Shown: positions 38,116-51,574, counted from the whole stretch's first letter. The stretch: 63,025 bases of DNA, filler included, from Octopus bimaculoides (GCF_001194135.2; 5 parts of 4 records of this genome joined end to end with filler, not necessarily neighbours in it), one strand, 5' to 3'. The notes: a model not told the origin generated them from the sequence alone. Numbers and translations: made by a program.

Positions 38116-38974
38116 TACAATGTGCGATGGGTAAATTGTCGCCATTTTATATTATTTATTTCACGCATGTGCATTGTTTGTGTTCTATTTTCTTCATTTC
38201 ACAGTGTAGTAGGGTCAGTTGGGCACCGTGTGTGAGAAAAACAGCACCATGGCGCAATTCATTCTTTCAGAAAGTTGGACACGACATGCTGTACGGCTTA
38301 ACATTCGCGCTGGAAGTTCCAATACGAACAGCTAGTGAACATACAGACATATCCTTGGCTTGCTGTGTCCCCAAAACATGTACAGAATGATAAAAATCAA
38401 TCATCCAGTCAACATCATGGTGTTTGGCGTGATCGCTAGTGATGGCAACGTTATGCCTCCATTTATCTTCCCACACGGTCTCAGACTCAACACGGATGCC
38501 TACATCAAGTGTCTGGAAAAACTATTGCTGCCCTGGGTCAAGAGACTGGCTGCTGGAAGACCCTATCACACAAGCAGGAGAACCCAGTCATGGCTGCCAG
38601 ATAATCACTGTAGCCCCATCACTCCTAAAACCTGGCCAAGTAACTCATCAGACTCCAGCCCCCCTTGATAATTACGTGTGGGGTGCAGTTTAGCAATAGA
38701 CCAACTAAGCTCCTGCAAACAGGATGAACTGAAAGCAGGGATTATGGGTTCCTTTTCCAACTTAAACAAGGGGACCGTCCAGTGTTTCAGGATATTCTGA
38801 AGTCGTCCGGAGGCCGTGGTTGAAGCCAATGACTATTTTATTGAATAAATGTACTCTATAGTATTTTAAGATATTTTTATGTAGTTTTGGTAAATATATC
38901 TGTTAAAATGAGATGTCAGTGGTATTTTTATTTTTGTGTAATTTAGACGACAATGTATACACTGCACACTGTGT
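38116..38974 (+). mobile_element. Internally deleted Tc1/mariner-superfamily (DD37D maT-like) element
   Basis: Imperfect TIRs (TACAATGTGCGATGGGTAAATTGTCGCC / GACGACAATGTATACACTGCACACTGTG); HPVNIMVFGVIASDGNVMPPFIFPHGLRLN...WPSNSSD..PLDNYVWG. Confidence 0.85.
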
Positions 38975-39296
38975 ATATATATATATATACATATATATAA
39001 TATGTGNNNNNNNNNNTGTGAGTGAGTAAAAATAAATACAAAAAAGGGCTTTGTATGATCGTGTATAGAGGAATATATTATTTTATTTAAAAGAGTTCCA
39101 ACTCTGTCTGTTTTTTATGTTTTATTTATATTCTTGTAAAATTAATGTGGGATATAGAATATGGAATATATAATATATAATATAAAAATAGATGGTAAAA
39201 TGAAATGAAGTATTGAATGTCTTATTGAATATATGAAATATGTCTTATTGAATATATGAAATATTGAGTATTCAATATAGAGAATTAGATATATAT

Positions 39297-39344
39297 AAAA
39301 GCGAATACGTATGTTCATACCTAGTGGTATTCATCAAGGCCTTC
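39297..39344 (-). ncRNA. Decayed minimal type I hammerhead motif, homologous to 58198-58236
   Basis: Minus strand: GAAGGC-CT(T)GATGA-ATAC/cactag/GTAT-GAA(C)-ATACGTAT-TC-GCTTTT. The flanks align with those of the 58198 copy. Confidence 0.6.
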
Positions 39345-39800
39345 GTCTAACAGATTGTAACAGTCTGTTACAGAAGTCCAAACTCGACATTAAGATTGTT
39401 GAAAAGCCAGGGAACTCCATCAGATCACAATCATGTAGGACGTACCCCTTTGACAATATCATATGTACCAATGATAACTGAATGGTATGTAGCATTAGCC
39501 CTGGCATTAACTGCAGAAATAGAAATGTAGTTTACAGCATAAATATGCATGTAAAGACCTGAATATGACATACATAGGGGAAACATCTAGGAGCATTGCG
39601 GAACGACTAAACGTACATCTGAGACAATATGACGACAAAAAACAGTCCTCCATACTCTACCAACATGCCAAAGACCAGCATGGAGGCACCTTGGGTCAAC
39701 TTGACATCCGCATCTTATCCAAGCACCCAATAGATCCAACTCTAAGACAAATACAGGAGTAAGTCCTTATAAATGAAACTTCCCCAATACTAAATAGGAA
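39345..39800 (+). mobile_element. Penelope-like GIY-YIG endonuclease remnant
   Basis: KIVEKPGNSI...C..C.....NCRNRNVVYSI.C...MTYIGETSRSIAERLNVH...LYQHAKDQHGG...RQIQE*VLINE..P.LN. Confidence 0.8.
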
Positions 39801-42800
39801 ATATACATAGATATCATACCCCCATACCCACATTTTACACAGGTAGAATAGAACGGTTAATGGGCTTTTATGCAGATAGATGTATGTATGTCTGTGTGTG
39901 TGTAGGGGGTGGTGTATGTGTGTGTGTTCATGCACATGTATGTATATGTAAACAAAAAGGTCTACATACAGATGGGTAGGTACATAGGGTATATGAANNN
40001 NNNNNNNCATGCAAACGCACACACATACATACATATATGCATAAACACACATACATATATGCATAAACACACATACATACATATATGCATAAGCACACAT
40101 ACATACATATATGCATAAACACACATACATACATATATACATATGCACACATACACAGCCATACATATACACACATGCACACAGACACGCATGCATAGAT
40201 ACACACACACTGAGACACACACATGCGCAAAAACAAACAAAAGCAAAAAAGAACGCCGCGTAAATAAGGGACAGTCAAGTCTTTTGATAAAGTTGCAAGA
40301 CGCAATGAAAATTTTAGGAAAATAAAAAGAAAAGTGGAAATATTACCGGTGAGTGTGATAAATTTTAAGACACAATAAAAAAATGACTGTCCCCAAACAC
40401 AACTGAATATGCTTCAACACACGAAATCACATAAAAACCTTGCAAACCAAATCAAAAAAACGATATAAAAGTTAGTGAAAAAAACATCAGCAAACTAATA
40501 ATTCACAAATNNNNNNNNNNNNNNNNNNNNNNNNNNNNNNNNNNNNNNNNNNNNTTAATTAATTAANNNNNNNNNNNNNNNNNNNNNNNNNNNNNNNNNN
40601 NNNNNNNNNNCTTAAAAGCTGCTCTATCAGGCGGCTTTTAAGTTAGCTCCCTTGGAGGGCTCTGCATTGGACCTTCAGCCCAATAATGACACTTCGTGCA
40701 TTGAGTACATATTAAATTTTATTAAACTTGGTCAATATTTTTCAAGCAATGAACAACTTTCATTGAAACAATGATAAAGTATGTCAACTTGGAACTTATT
40801 GCAAAGCCTTCATGATAAACAACATATGTTGTTTTCCCATTCGGGGAGCTCAGTACAATTTTTTTTTTCTGTCTAACTTCTCCCTTTCTCTCTCTCTTTC
40901 TGTTGATTGTTTTCAACCATCACAAGTACCACCACCATCACCACCACAACTGCCATACACACACCATTCAGACTTCTGATGCCACCAGCATCAACACCTT
41001 TGACTTCGCTGCCTTCCCCTCCACCACCATGACCACTGTCTATCACATCCCTTACTATCACTGTTCATCTTGACTGCCTCAGCTACCACCACGACCATCA
41101 TTACTGTTGCCTCTGCCTCTATCACAACTACAGCTCATACTATTACTATCACACCATTACCATCTCTGTCATACTACTACTGCCCTCACCATATCTTTGC
41201 CTACTATTACTCTCACCCCAGCAAGAGGAGTAGAAGTGTCATTGAAAAGTGAGAGATGGGGTCGAAGTGTGACACACAAATTCGTTTTGGCATTTATTAT
41301 TACAGATTGCGTGTTGGGACACCATATTTCGTTTTGCAACCATAATACACTACCAAGTATATTAAAACTTTACAAGTCAATAGTGTGTCTTTTTGTGTTA
41401 GCAGTGCGAAGTAATCTCTACTTATCAACATAGACTAGAGCTCAGAGTATATTCTGTTGACTTACAGTGTACCTCAGTTTTTGGTATGTAATCGATCTGA
41501 CAGGTAAATCCTGAGTTTGCTTTATTAGATTGTGAATATTTTCGGGAGTCTAAATCCAAGACATTTACAATGAATATGGAGACTGGTACAGCTGCATATT
41601 TTATATTTTAATTTTTATTTTTTACAATTATTTATGTGGTGTAATTGGTTTAGGTATGACCGTCACACGTTTCTGCTGCACAGAGAAATAGCGTTCAATT
41701 AGTTTCTACTATGTGCCTTTATTCAAGGTCTGTTGACAAATGTGGTTTGAAGTGAATTGAGTGTATTTATGTGTAGCTAATATATTTAGCTCAGTTACTC
41801 TGGTTTCAGATAGAAAAAAGAATGTGAGGTGGGGAGATTTAGAAATTTGATATGGCTATTAAAATTACTGTGGTTAATCTTATCCTGATCTTCGGTTTAA
41901 GTTCAAAACCCCGAGAATCCTAGACTTTAAAGTAGGTCAAAGTGTATTTCTCAATGTTTTATGTGTGTGTCTGTATGTGCATTTATTCATGTTAACATGC
42001 TCACAGTTTTTCTTACAAAACTGAAATTGAGAATTTGTCTTGTGACTTCAGTTTTGCACTGCTAACTTGAGTGGTGACAGAAATTCTTGGTTTTCAATTT
42101 CGGTAAATAAAGATCATATCCTTTGCTGCATTTACTGAGCATTCCTATCTCATTCTGGTATAGACTGTGTTGTGCTGTACAGGGTTAGCCAAAAGTCACC
42201 CAACAGTAAATCAAAATTTCATAAATACTTAATATTCAATTTTATTTATTCATTCCAATTACGAATGTTTAATAACTGAATGCTGTGAGTTAAAATCATG
42301 GTTTTTTTTTTTCCAACTTTTGTCTGTTTATTAGCAAGGTCTCAGGTAAAATAATTTTTTGTTTTAATCTTCACAAACTCGAGTGCAGAGTATTTCTGTT
42401 AACTAACAGCGTACCTTGGTTGTTGGCATATTTCTTTTTATTTTTTGCTTTCTTCAGTTATAAAATGTTTTATTTGTTTGTCAACGGTTGTGAAGGTAAG
42501 GCACTTTACTTCTGACAACATGAAGGTGAGATCAAACCCTTCCTAAATCTGTGACCATGATGTCTTTGAGGTGATCTCTATGTGGTCAATTGAGCAGCTA
42601 AAAATAGTAGCCAGAGCCCTCTCAAATTGCTGTTTAAAGCTATACTGATTAAATGACACACTGCTGTTTGATAATGATAATAATGATTTTCACAATAAAC
42701 ACTAAACAACAAATTGTAGAAGGTGGCACAGTTTAGATTAACCCTAGACTCTCTCCTACATCTCTCTCTCTCTCTATCCCTTTTTATGTACAGCCTCAAT

Positions 42801-43031
42801 CAAATAGTGTGTGAAGTGGAAAACACAAAGACACACACACACACATCTATATACAAACACATAAACATATACATGTACTATCATTTAAAAAGCTTAATCA
42901 TTTATGTGCTAAAAAAAAACCAAAATCTGAAGACTGATGATGTCATTCCATCAATGTGTGGGCACTGGTTGGTCTCATTCATATTTTAGATTTGAATTTC
43001 TATAATTTTAAATTTTTATCACTTTTCATTT

Positions 43032-43072
43032 TGAACTCGACAAAGACAGGCTTGCTTTCGAAATGTCGTTCA
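43032..43072 (+). ncRNA. Decayed hammerhead-like motif
   Basis: TGAAC-TCGACAA-A-GACAG/gcttg/CTTTC-GAAA-TGTC-GTTCA, with a 5-bp helix I and AATAAA just downstream. The core carries several substitutions. Confidence 0.4.
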
Positions 43073-43754
43073 GCCAATAAAAGATTTGTTGCAATCGCAT
43101 TGCGCTCTTTGACTTGTCTATTAATAATAATAATAAATGCCCTGATGCAGTACCAGTGGCTCTCATGGCTTCTGATCTTAACTAATTGGAAGTGTTATCA
43201 TGTACATTGTTTTGTCTTGGTATAAAAGATGAGCTACAGCAAATATTCTGCTCAATACCACAGATTTGCTTGTCAGTTGTTTGACTATAACCAGTTGAGC
43301 ATGTCCCTTAGTGGCTGATAATATGTGCATCTCTGATCACGAGTAGAAGTAGTGGGAGAGCATCATAGCCATGTGTCGAAAGGAATTCTGTGGGGTTTGG
43401 ATAATTCTCCCTTGACAACATAAGTGTTTTGTTCATCATCCTTAAACAACCCTTATTCACTGACCTTTTGAACGGGTGGGCTACTTAACATGAAGAAAAT
43501 TCTAACTGGACCCCCACCTGCAAGATCATGCGCTATTTATCTTGGTATGAGATCACCATATTGCGCACATATGGTTGTGATGCATGTGCCTGGTGTACCC
43601 GTATCAGATGGGTAGTCACAATGGGTACTCTGGGCTTCGTATAGTTTACCCCAGTGTCACTTTGATGGCCTGCGCTGCTCTCTCACTCAATAATAATAGT
43701 AACAACAACAATAATAATAATAACATACCACATGGAAGGCAGATGTCAAATGAT

Positions 43755-43960
43755 GATTTCAAATTTTGGCACAGGGCCAGCAATTTCAGGGGAGCGGGTA
43801 AGTCGTTACATCAACCCAGTACTTAACTGGTACTTATTTTATCGACCCTTGAAGGATGAAAGACAAAGTGAACCTTGATGGAATTTGAACTCAGAACCTA
43901 AATACAGATGAAAAGCCGCTTAGCATTTTACCCAGTGTGCTAACGGCTCTGCCAGCTTGA
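43755..43960 (-). mobile_element. Family A SINE
   Basis: GGAATTTGAACTCAGAAC...GTGCTAACGGCTCTGCCAGCT on +. Confidence 0.85.
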
Positions 43961-44820
43961 TAATAATCCCTTGTATTAGCCACAGGGGCATAAATTATGG
44001 GGGATGTAGCATAGGCAAGGAGAGGACAGATATTCACAAGGTGTGACAGCTGATTGAACTGGATGTAGTAATTGATAAGTCCTTTAATTTATTGGCGCCA
44101 GAAATGACGAATAATAATGATACCATGACCATTAATGATACCATGACTCTTAATGATATCTAATTTCTAACATGACTATTTTGGTTAGAATTTGATACTT
44201 TCACACCTGATAGTGATAACTTAGCCCTATATTTTTTTTTCACTTATATGCTTACATATATATATTTTTGTCACTAATATATTTTGTCAGAATATCCAAG
44301 AATATATGTAAATATGGTTCATCGGATTAACATAACCATTTTTTTCAAATTATTTTTTTTTCCTAAGAATCTAGTGATTTTCATTTGTTTGTTTATTTTT
44401 TTTTATTGATATTGGTGTTTAAATTAAAGATCAAACAGTTGATATTATTACAAACCCAATATTTCCACTAACAACCAGCTTTTTATTTTTTTCTCAAAAA
44501 GCATCCCGTTTTTCTGTCGTTTTTTTTTTCTTTTTTCTTTTTTCTTTCTCTAATTTTTCATTAATCAATCATCTGTTGATTAATGATCTTTGTCTTATGA
44601 GTTGTGTCAGTTTAACTGTTGATTAGTCGTTGATGTCAGTGAAATGTCTATCAAAAAATGTTTGTTAATAAGCAATTATAGTTACGTACAAGTACACACA
44701 AATACCTATGTATACATATATATGTTTACGTGTATCTGTATTTGTTGTGAGTGTTTGTGTGTGTTTATGTGTATGCATGTCTGTATGTTTGTGTGTGTTT
44801 TTTACATGTGTGATTTTGTA

Positions 44821-44901
<81 letters not shown>

Positions 44902-45066
44902 NNNNNNNNNNNNNNNNNNNNNNNNNNNNNNNNNNNNNNNNNNNNTTAATTAATTAANNNNNNNNNNNNNNNNNNNNNNNNNNNNNNNNNNNNNNNNNNN
45001 NCTTTTTATATTCTTCGGTAGGCATCCAGGACTGCTGAGTGTGCGAAAAAGAAGAAAAAAAAAAGA

Positions 45067-45327
45067 TACAAGAATTACGGAATGGAGTATGGAAAATTCG
45101 GGCTACATATGTTTTCTAGCGAGTGGGACTGTTTTCTATCGACTGGTAAAATCTAAATGAGATGTACCTCATTGCAACCATGTAGCCTTCAATCTAATGA
45201 AAATATCCTTGGCCTGAAGAGTATCCGGCGGTATACAGCTCACTTAGATTCTACCAATTTTGAGGTTCCATTCACTATGAAACATATGTAGCCCGAATTT
45301 CCCATACTCCATTTCGTAACTCTTGTA
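45067..45327. mobile_element. MITE with ~60-bp TIRs and TA ends
   Basis: TACAAGAATTACGGAATGGAGTATGGAAAATTCGGGCTACATATGTTT.. pairs with ..AAACATATGTAGCCCGAATTTCCCATACTCCATTTCGTAACTCTTGTA. Confidence 0.8.
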
Positions 45328-45712
45328 CACATACGCGCACACATATTCCCGCATATGTTCCTGTGTACACATCTGTTTAATTAGCGAATATATGCATATA
45401 TCTCTACAACTTATTCAAATACTCTCATTCATCTATGGAAGAGTATATGGATGCATGCATGCATGTATGTTTGTCTCTCTGTATGTATATTCCTACGTGT
45501 TTGTGTGCATGTAACAAGCACCTGCATGGTATAAACATAAATCTATGCAAGAAAATTGTCAACAAAAGGCTTTAAGAATATAATCCTTTGTAGACATATA
45601 AATACCCTACCTTGGAGATGTAAAGATGTACTTGTTATTCAAGTTTAGAATTCGTACGGTAAACACACACTCACACATATGCATGCATACACACACACAT
45701 ACATACATTTAT

Positions 45713-45755
<43 letters not shown>

Positions 45756-45922
45756 NNNNNNNNNNNNNNNNNNNNNNNNNNNNNNNNNNNNNNNNNNNNN
45801 NNNNNNNNNNNNNNNNNNNNNNNNNNNNNNNNNNNNNNNNNNNNNNNNNNNNNNNNNNNNNNNNNNNNNNNNNNNNNNNNNNNNNNNNNNNNNNNNNNNN
45901 NNNNNNNNNNNNNNNNNNNNNN

Positions 45923-45980
<58 letters not shown>

Positions 45981-46318
45981 ATATGTGCATGCGTGTTTGT
46001 GTGCGCATGTGTGTACGTATGTGCATGTATGTACACACACATGCAAACACACTCATGCAAACATGCACAGACACACAGGGACACACACACACACACATAC
46101 ACACATACACGTACGTAAATGTAAATATAAATAATATATGCATACATCTATCTGCAGGAACGCTTTTCTCAATACTGTATTTATTCATTGTTACAAAACC
46201 TATTAAGTCGACTGATTTGCATCTCCTTACTAACACAAGAAAAAATATAATACAAAATGACGGATGCACAAATTCGTGTGTATATGTATAAGTCCGCAAA
46301 AAGGTTCATTTATGCACG

Positions 46319-46353
<35 letters not shown>

Positions 46354-47353
46354 GCACGCACGCACACATGCACACACACATACTCACCCACACATATATG
46401 ACAATGACAAATTTAAAGAAAGTATGTCAATAATGCAAACCATCTACATAAAATTTTGTTATTAAAACGTATTAAATTTAAATATTGTTCCCTTGAGATA
46501 GGAAATTCATAGAAAACGAAGGATAATGATATCTTATCATCTAAGATGTCATCGAGAAATCCCACATCAAAGACACTTTAGAGATCGGAACCAAACTCAT
46601 AATCTCCAATGAAAAGAAGGGGTAAGAAAGAGAAATCAGAGCTGTGGAACATATAAAGATCCAAGGTCTTCTATAAATTTGCAAAAGATTCCACCTCAGG
46701 GCGTTAGAAAATGGTACCTTTGTTGGAAAGAAATGAGTCACTGGTTACAGTCCCCAAATGGATAAGTGAGTAATTAGATAAACAACACCAAAGTGTTTTC
46801 ACCTCCCCGCAAGCACATATGGAAGGACATAAACCTGCTGAGTTCTTTGACAGTACGCCTCTGTACAGAGACATAACAACCATTGACTACATCTACATAA
46901 AACAGGAGGGTGTAATATCTGCCGTTTCGAAATGAGCATAAATTCAGTAACAGGCTCTGATTGTTTCCCAGCGTATCTTTTAAAGCAGACAGGAAAGCTC
47001 AGGCAAAATCACTGAAGACGCTTTTTTTGGAGGTGTTCTTTCATGTGGTAAGCTTCCCAAAAAGTTCTTAAACGATGAAGCAGAGCAAATGTTTAATATT
47101 GCAGGCCTGTCTGTTTTTGACTTCATGCATAAGTAAAGTCGTGGAACGCGTTATGAGAGGAGCTGATTACATTCTTAGAAGAAAATAACTTACTCATTGA
47201 CACGCAGTACGATTTATGTAAGCATCTACTATTATAATACTCTTGTAGGAAGAGGTGGTAGATGAATAAGGAAAGAAGGTAGTGGGAGCGTTTCGACTCT
47301 GTGTGTGTATATGCGTGTGTATGTAAAAGGGAGGTATGTGAACATTTGTGTGC

Positions 47354-47400
<47 letters not shown>

Positions 47401-47943
47401 TGCATTGGAAGTGGGATGGTGAACATTCAAAGCTGAAAAGAAAAATCTAACAACGTTTCAATTCAGTGTAGGTATATGCATGTATGTGTGTGCGTGTACA
47501 AGTGAAGTATGTGAATATATGTGTGAACCAGTGTTCTTTCAGTAACAAACGATGATTGATGTCACATTAATCAACCACTAGATAATATTGACAATTGTAT
47601 TAATTTGATTTACCATCCATATTCTATCTGTTTTGTTAAAAATAATTGTTACAATCACACACACCTACACAAACATATAAATATACAAGCTCGTTAGAGA
47701 AAATAATTATTGCCTGAGTGTATCAACACAACTGCAGTTGAAAGGTATAATATATATATTTGGTAATAAAAGAATTATTAAACTAAAAACTTAGTTTTGC
47801 ACCTTATTTATATATAAAATACAATAATTAGCCGTCATTTTTGACGGCACGGGGTCAGCTAGTATATATATATACATATATATATATATACTTATAGACA
47901 CAGACACACACAGACACAAACATACACACACACAAACACACAC

Positions 47944-47974
<31 letters not shown>

Positions 47975-47999
47975 TGTATGTATGTATGTATGAAGAACA

Positions 48000-49625
48000 T
48001 TTTTGTACCGGTTTCAATCTTTGCGACTCTTTCAACTTAGCGTAAAACATGAAAAACAATTAAATTTGAGGTAGACTGTTTTTGGTTTGGTCTATGTATT
48101 GCACACGACACCCAGAGCAGGTTAACACATATATCAGGTTCCCTGAAGCACATGTGAAGTAGCTTTTCACTGTGAAACATTGACTCTGTTTGAAAGAGAA
48201 CTCTGATCCCCCAAATAAGTTAACGCATAAACCACAGTTATGTCTTCCGCATTTTTTTTCTGACGGCTTCTGTGTTGTTGTTGAACGTATTCGGGCTTGT
48301 GTTAGGAGACTTTTCATAGATTTGAGCTGTCTTTTTATGATGGTGTGCATTTGGAGGATTAAATTCATTCTGTGCTCCCTTTTTAGTAGGGGAATGTTTT
48401 GGAGGATGGTGTCTAAGGCTTCATTGTTAAGTGGGTTGTGTGTGGAGACGTATGGTAGGGCTTTTGGTTGTAAATTCTTCTTTAATTTGAGATGTCTGAG
48501 ATCTGGGATGTTGAGTTGTAGAGCACGTTGAAAGCATATATCAATTAGTGATGGCGGGTAGTTCCTGGTGATGAATGTATCCTTTAGTTCATGTAGTCGT
48601 GTGCCCTGGTGCTTGTATTAGAAGCTATAGTACAAATCCTTTTCGCGTTTTTTGAGGGAGATATTCATTCTAGTGTGTCTAGGGTGGGATGAGTTGAATG
48701 GTAGATATTGCTTGGAGTCCGTGGGTTTATAGTATATATCTGTTTCTGTTTCGTTGTTAGATTTCTTAATGAGGATGTCGAGGAAAGGAAATTGTTGATG
48801 GCTATATTCCATCGTGAATTGAATGTTTACGTCAAACCTATTTATAAGTGCTTGAAATTCTTTAAGTCGCTCTATACTTTCATGCCAAAGATTGAACAGT
48901 TCTATGTAGAAGGAGAATGAGTTGCCGTATTTTCTAGTACCTTACGATAAAGACTGATTTCTAGGTATCCCATGTCGATAGAAGTTGTCTTTGAAGACAA
49001 AGTAGTTATTCTCCAAGATGAATTTTAGCCCTTCTATTACAAATTCGATGTGGGAGTTCACTGGCGTAATTCTCTAGTCAGAATTGAATTGCCTCTATTC
49101 CTAGGCTGTGGGGATATTAGAATATAGGTTGACTACATGGAAGGATACTAGTAGGGCGTTTTTGTTTATTGTTTTAGGGAGGTGATTGAGCATATCTAGG
49201 CCGTCCCTTATGTAGCTTTTGATATACTTGAGCAATGGTTTTAAGAAGGTATCTAAAATGTTACTGAGGCGGTGGGTTTTGCATGCTGGGCCTGTTATCA
49301 TAGGTCTCAGTCTGAGGTCATTAGGAGTAGGGACCTTGATTATTATGTCTGTGGCTGTCCTGCATGCGTTACTTATTTTCTCACTTTTGTGTGTCTTAGG
49401 AATACCGTAGAATTGATTGGATTTACTTCTGAAATTGATCATATAATCGTATTTCTTGTCGGTGAGCCCTTCTCTCTATAGGTTTAACATAGATTTTAGG
49501 TTTCTCATTATTGTCTTCTGACTGTAATGTTGGGCCTTTCCATAATATGTTGTGTCTTCTAATATGGATAGTACTTAACCTAGTCATGGGATACCTAGAA
49601 ACCAGTCTTTGCACCAATAACAAAG
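48000..49625 (-). mobile_element. Decayed Penelope-like retroelement (RT plus the N-terminal half of GIY-YIG)
   Basis: FYGIPKTHKS..LRPMITGPACKTHRLSNILD..LKP...SYIRDGLD...FHVVNLYSNIP; FPFLDILI...DIYYKPTDSKQYLPFNSSHPRH; KCGRHNCGLC...FTCASGNLIYVLTCSGCRVQYIDQT. Confidence 0.9.
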
Positions 49626-49879
49626 AACCCAGCTTCAGAATTTTTTCCCCTCTATCAATTCAGGGACGATACAACCTGTAGTCAGCGCATTGATAAAGAG
49701 TCATTCTTCATCACAAAATATAAGCCCCTTTTGAATGCATCCACCATAAATGACTTTATCATCAGGGCCTTAGAATAACACACGCGCAAATATTAAAAAA
49801 CAATTCAGAAGAGTTACTTGACATAAATTTATTCAGAATAATTCCAATCACTACTATTCCAATCACAACGGATCATTTT

Positions 49880-50460
49880 TTTGGGTCACTTTAAAGGGGG
49901 GTATGAATGAAGAGAGAAAGTGGGTAGGAGTGGAGGGAGGAAGTAGGTGTCAAATGAAAAGAGGAGGGAATTAGATGAAGAGAGGAGGGGAGTTAAGCCT
50001 ATGTGGCGCAAAGGAGCGAAGAGAGAAGATAAATTCTTGTTCACGGTGAAGGTGGGAGTCCAGATGGCCCCCGTGCAAAGAAAATCCGAACACAGACAGG
50101 TGTTGTAGCGAATGTCCAGTAGAGCAGAAATGGCGCGAGACCGAGGTGTCATTGCCGAGTCTGATGTTTCGAAGGTGCTCCGCGATCAGGTCAGCCAAGC
50201 TGCGTCTCGTTTGACTGATGTATAGAGAAGGGCAGCAAGAGCAGGAGATTGCAGTAAATGACGTTGCTAGAAGTGCAGATAACGGAGTCGGTGATATGAA
50301 AGGGACAATGATGAGTGCCTGTGAAGATAGTGGTGTTGGAGAGGAAGGGGCAAGTATGTCAGGGTGGGCAGGAGCAGGGGAACGAGTCAGGTTGGGAGGT
50401 GGGGTTAAGGAAGAAACTGTGGGCCAGAAGGTTATGCAAGTTGTGGGGTGCAGGAAATAA
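49880..50460 (-). mobile_element. Second Penelope-like GIY-YIG/3' fragment (different subfamily)
   Basis: TCPFLSNTT...FHITDSVICTSSNVIYC / SCSCCPSLYISQTRRSLADLIAEHLRNIRLGNDTSVSRHFCSTGHSLQHLSV...EQEFIFSLRSFAPHRLN. Confidence 0.85.
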
Positions 50461-51323
50461 GCTTTCGTCTAAATTACGCACAAATGAAAATAACACTGAC
50501 ATTTTTTAACAGATATATTTATCAAAATTACATAGAAATATTTTGAAATACTAAAGAGTAAATTTATTCTGTAAAATCGCCATTAGCTTCAACCACGGCC
50601 TCCAGACGACTTCGGAATCTTTTTCAACTCTTCAGGACAGTCTCCTTTAAGTTGGTGAATGCTGGCATAGTCCTTGCCTTCAGATTCCCCTTTGGTGTTA
50701 CAAGAAGTTTTGTTGGTCTCTCGCTCAATTGAGCCCCACACATAATAATCAAGGGGGTTGCAGTCTGGGGAGTTAAGTAGCCAGATGTTAGGGGTGATGT
50801 AGTTGCAGAAATTGTCTGACAGCCATGACTGGGTTCTCCTGTTTGTATGGCATGGTGCAGAGTCCTGTTGCCAGATATAGGGTCTTCCAGCAGCCACCCT
50901 CTTGAACCAGGGCAGCACTACCTCCTCCAGGCACTTGATTTAGGTCTCCGTGTTGAGTGTAAGGCCATGTGGGAAGATGAATAGTGGCATAATGTCGCCA
51001 TCACTAGTGATCACTCCAAACACCATGATGTTGACTGGATGTTTGATTTTTATCACTCTCGCTACATGTCCTCAGATTACACTCAGATTGATGCCAAAAA
51101 CACTTTGAAATGTTCGTATTGAAGCTTCCATCGCGAATGCCAAGCAGTACAGCATGTCATTTCCAAATTTCTGGCAGAGTAAATTGCGTCATGGTGCTGT
51201 TTTTCTCACAGACGGTGCCCAACTGACCTTACTATACTCTGTAGTCGACAGAATCAAAAACCATCATTTGCATGCGCGAAATTAAAAATATAAAATGGCA
51301 ACAATTTACTCATCGCACCCTGT
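50461..51323 (-). mobile_element. Internally deleted DD37D (maT-like) element, opposite orientation to 38116-38974
   Basis: QQDSAPCHTNRRTQSWLSDNFCNYITPNIWLLNSPDCNPLDYYVWG, with 37 residues between the two catalytic-position Asp. 5' TIR CAGGGTGCGATGAGTAAATTG; the 3' end abuts the PLE fragment. Confidence 0.9.
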
Positions 51324-51347
51324 GCGTGTGTGTGTGTGTGTGTGTGT

Positions 51348-51384
<37 letters not shown>

Positions 51385-51399
51385 CGACAAAAAGAGTGA

Positions 51400-51574
51400 A
51401 GAAATAGAGCCGCACGGATATATAAAGCTTACTGTTATTAAAAGCCGGGGTGCGTTGCGTTCTGTTCCTTAATAAATAAAAAAAATGTATTATAACAACG
51501 ACAGGGTAAAAAACGTACAACGTACACTCATACATAAGACACCAAGTTTTATATATCCGAGCGACTCTATTTCT
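51400..51574. repeat. Small element with ~30-bp inverted ends
   Basis: AGAAATAGAGCCGCACGGATATATAAAGCT pairs with AGTTTTATATATCCGAGCGACTCTATTTCT. Confidence 0.7.

Noticed and set aside
46520-47050. Possible additional LINE-derived coding remnant
   Set aside because: No motif I could name with confidence in any frame.
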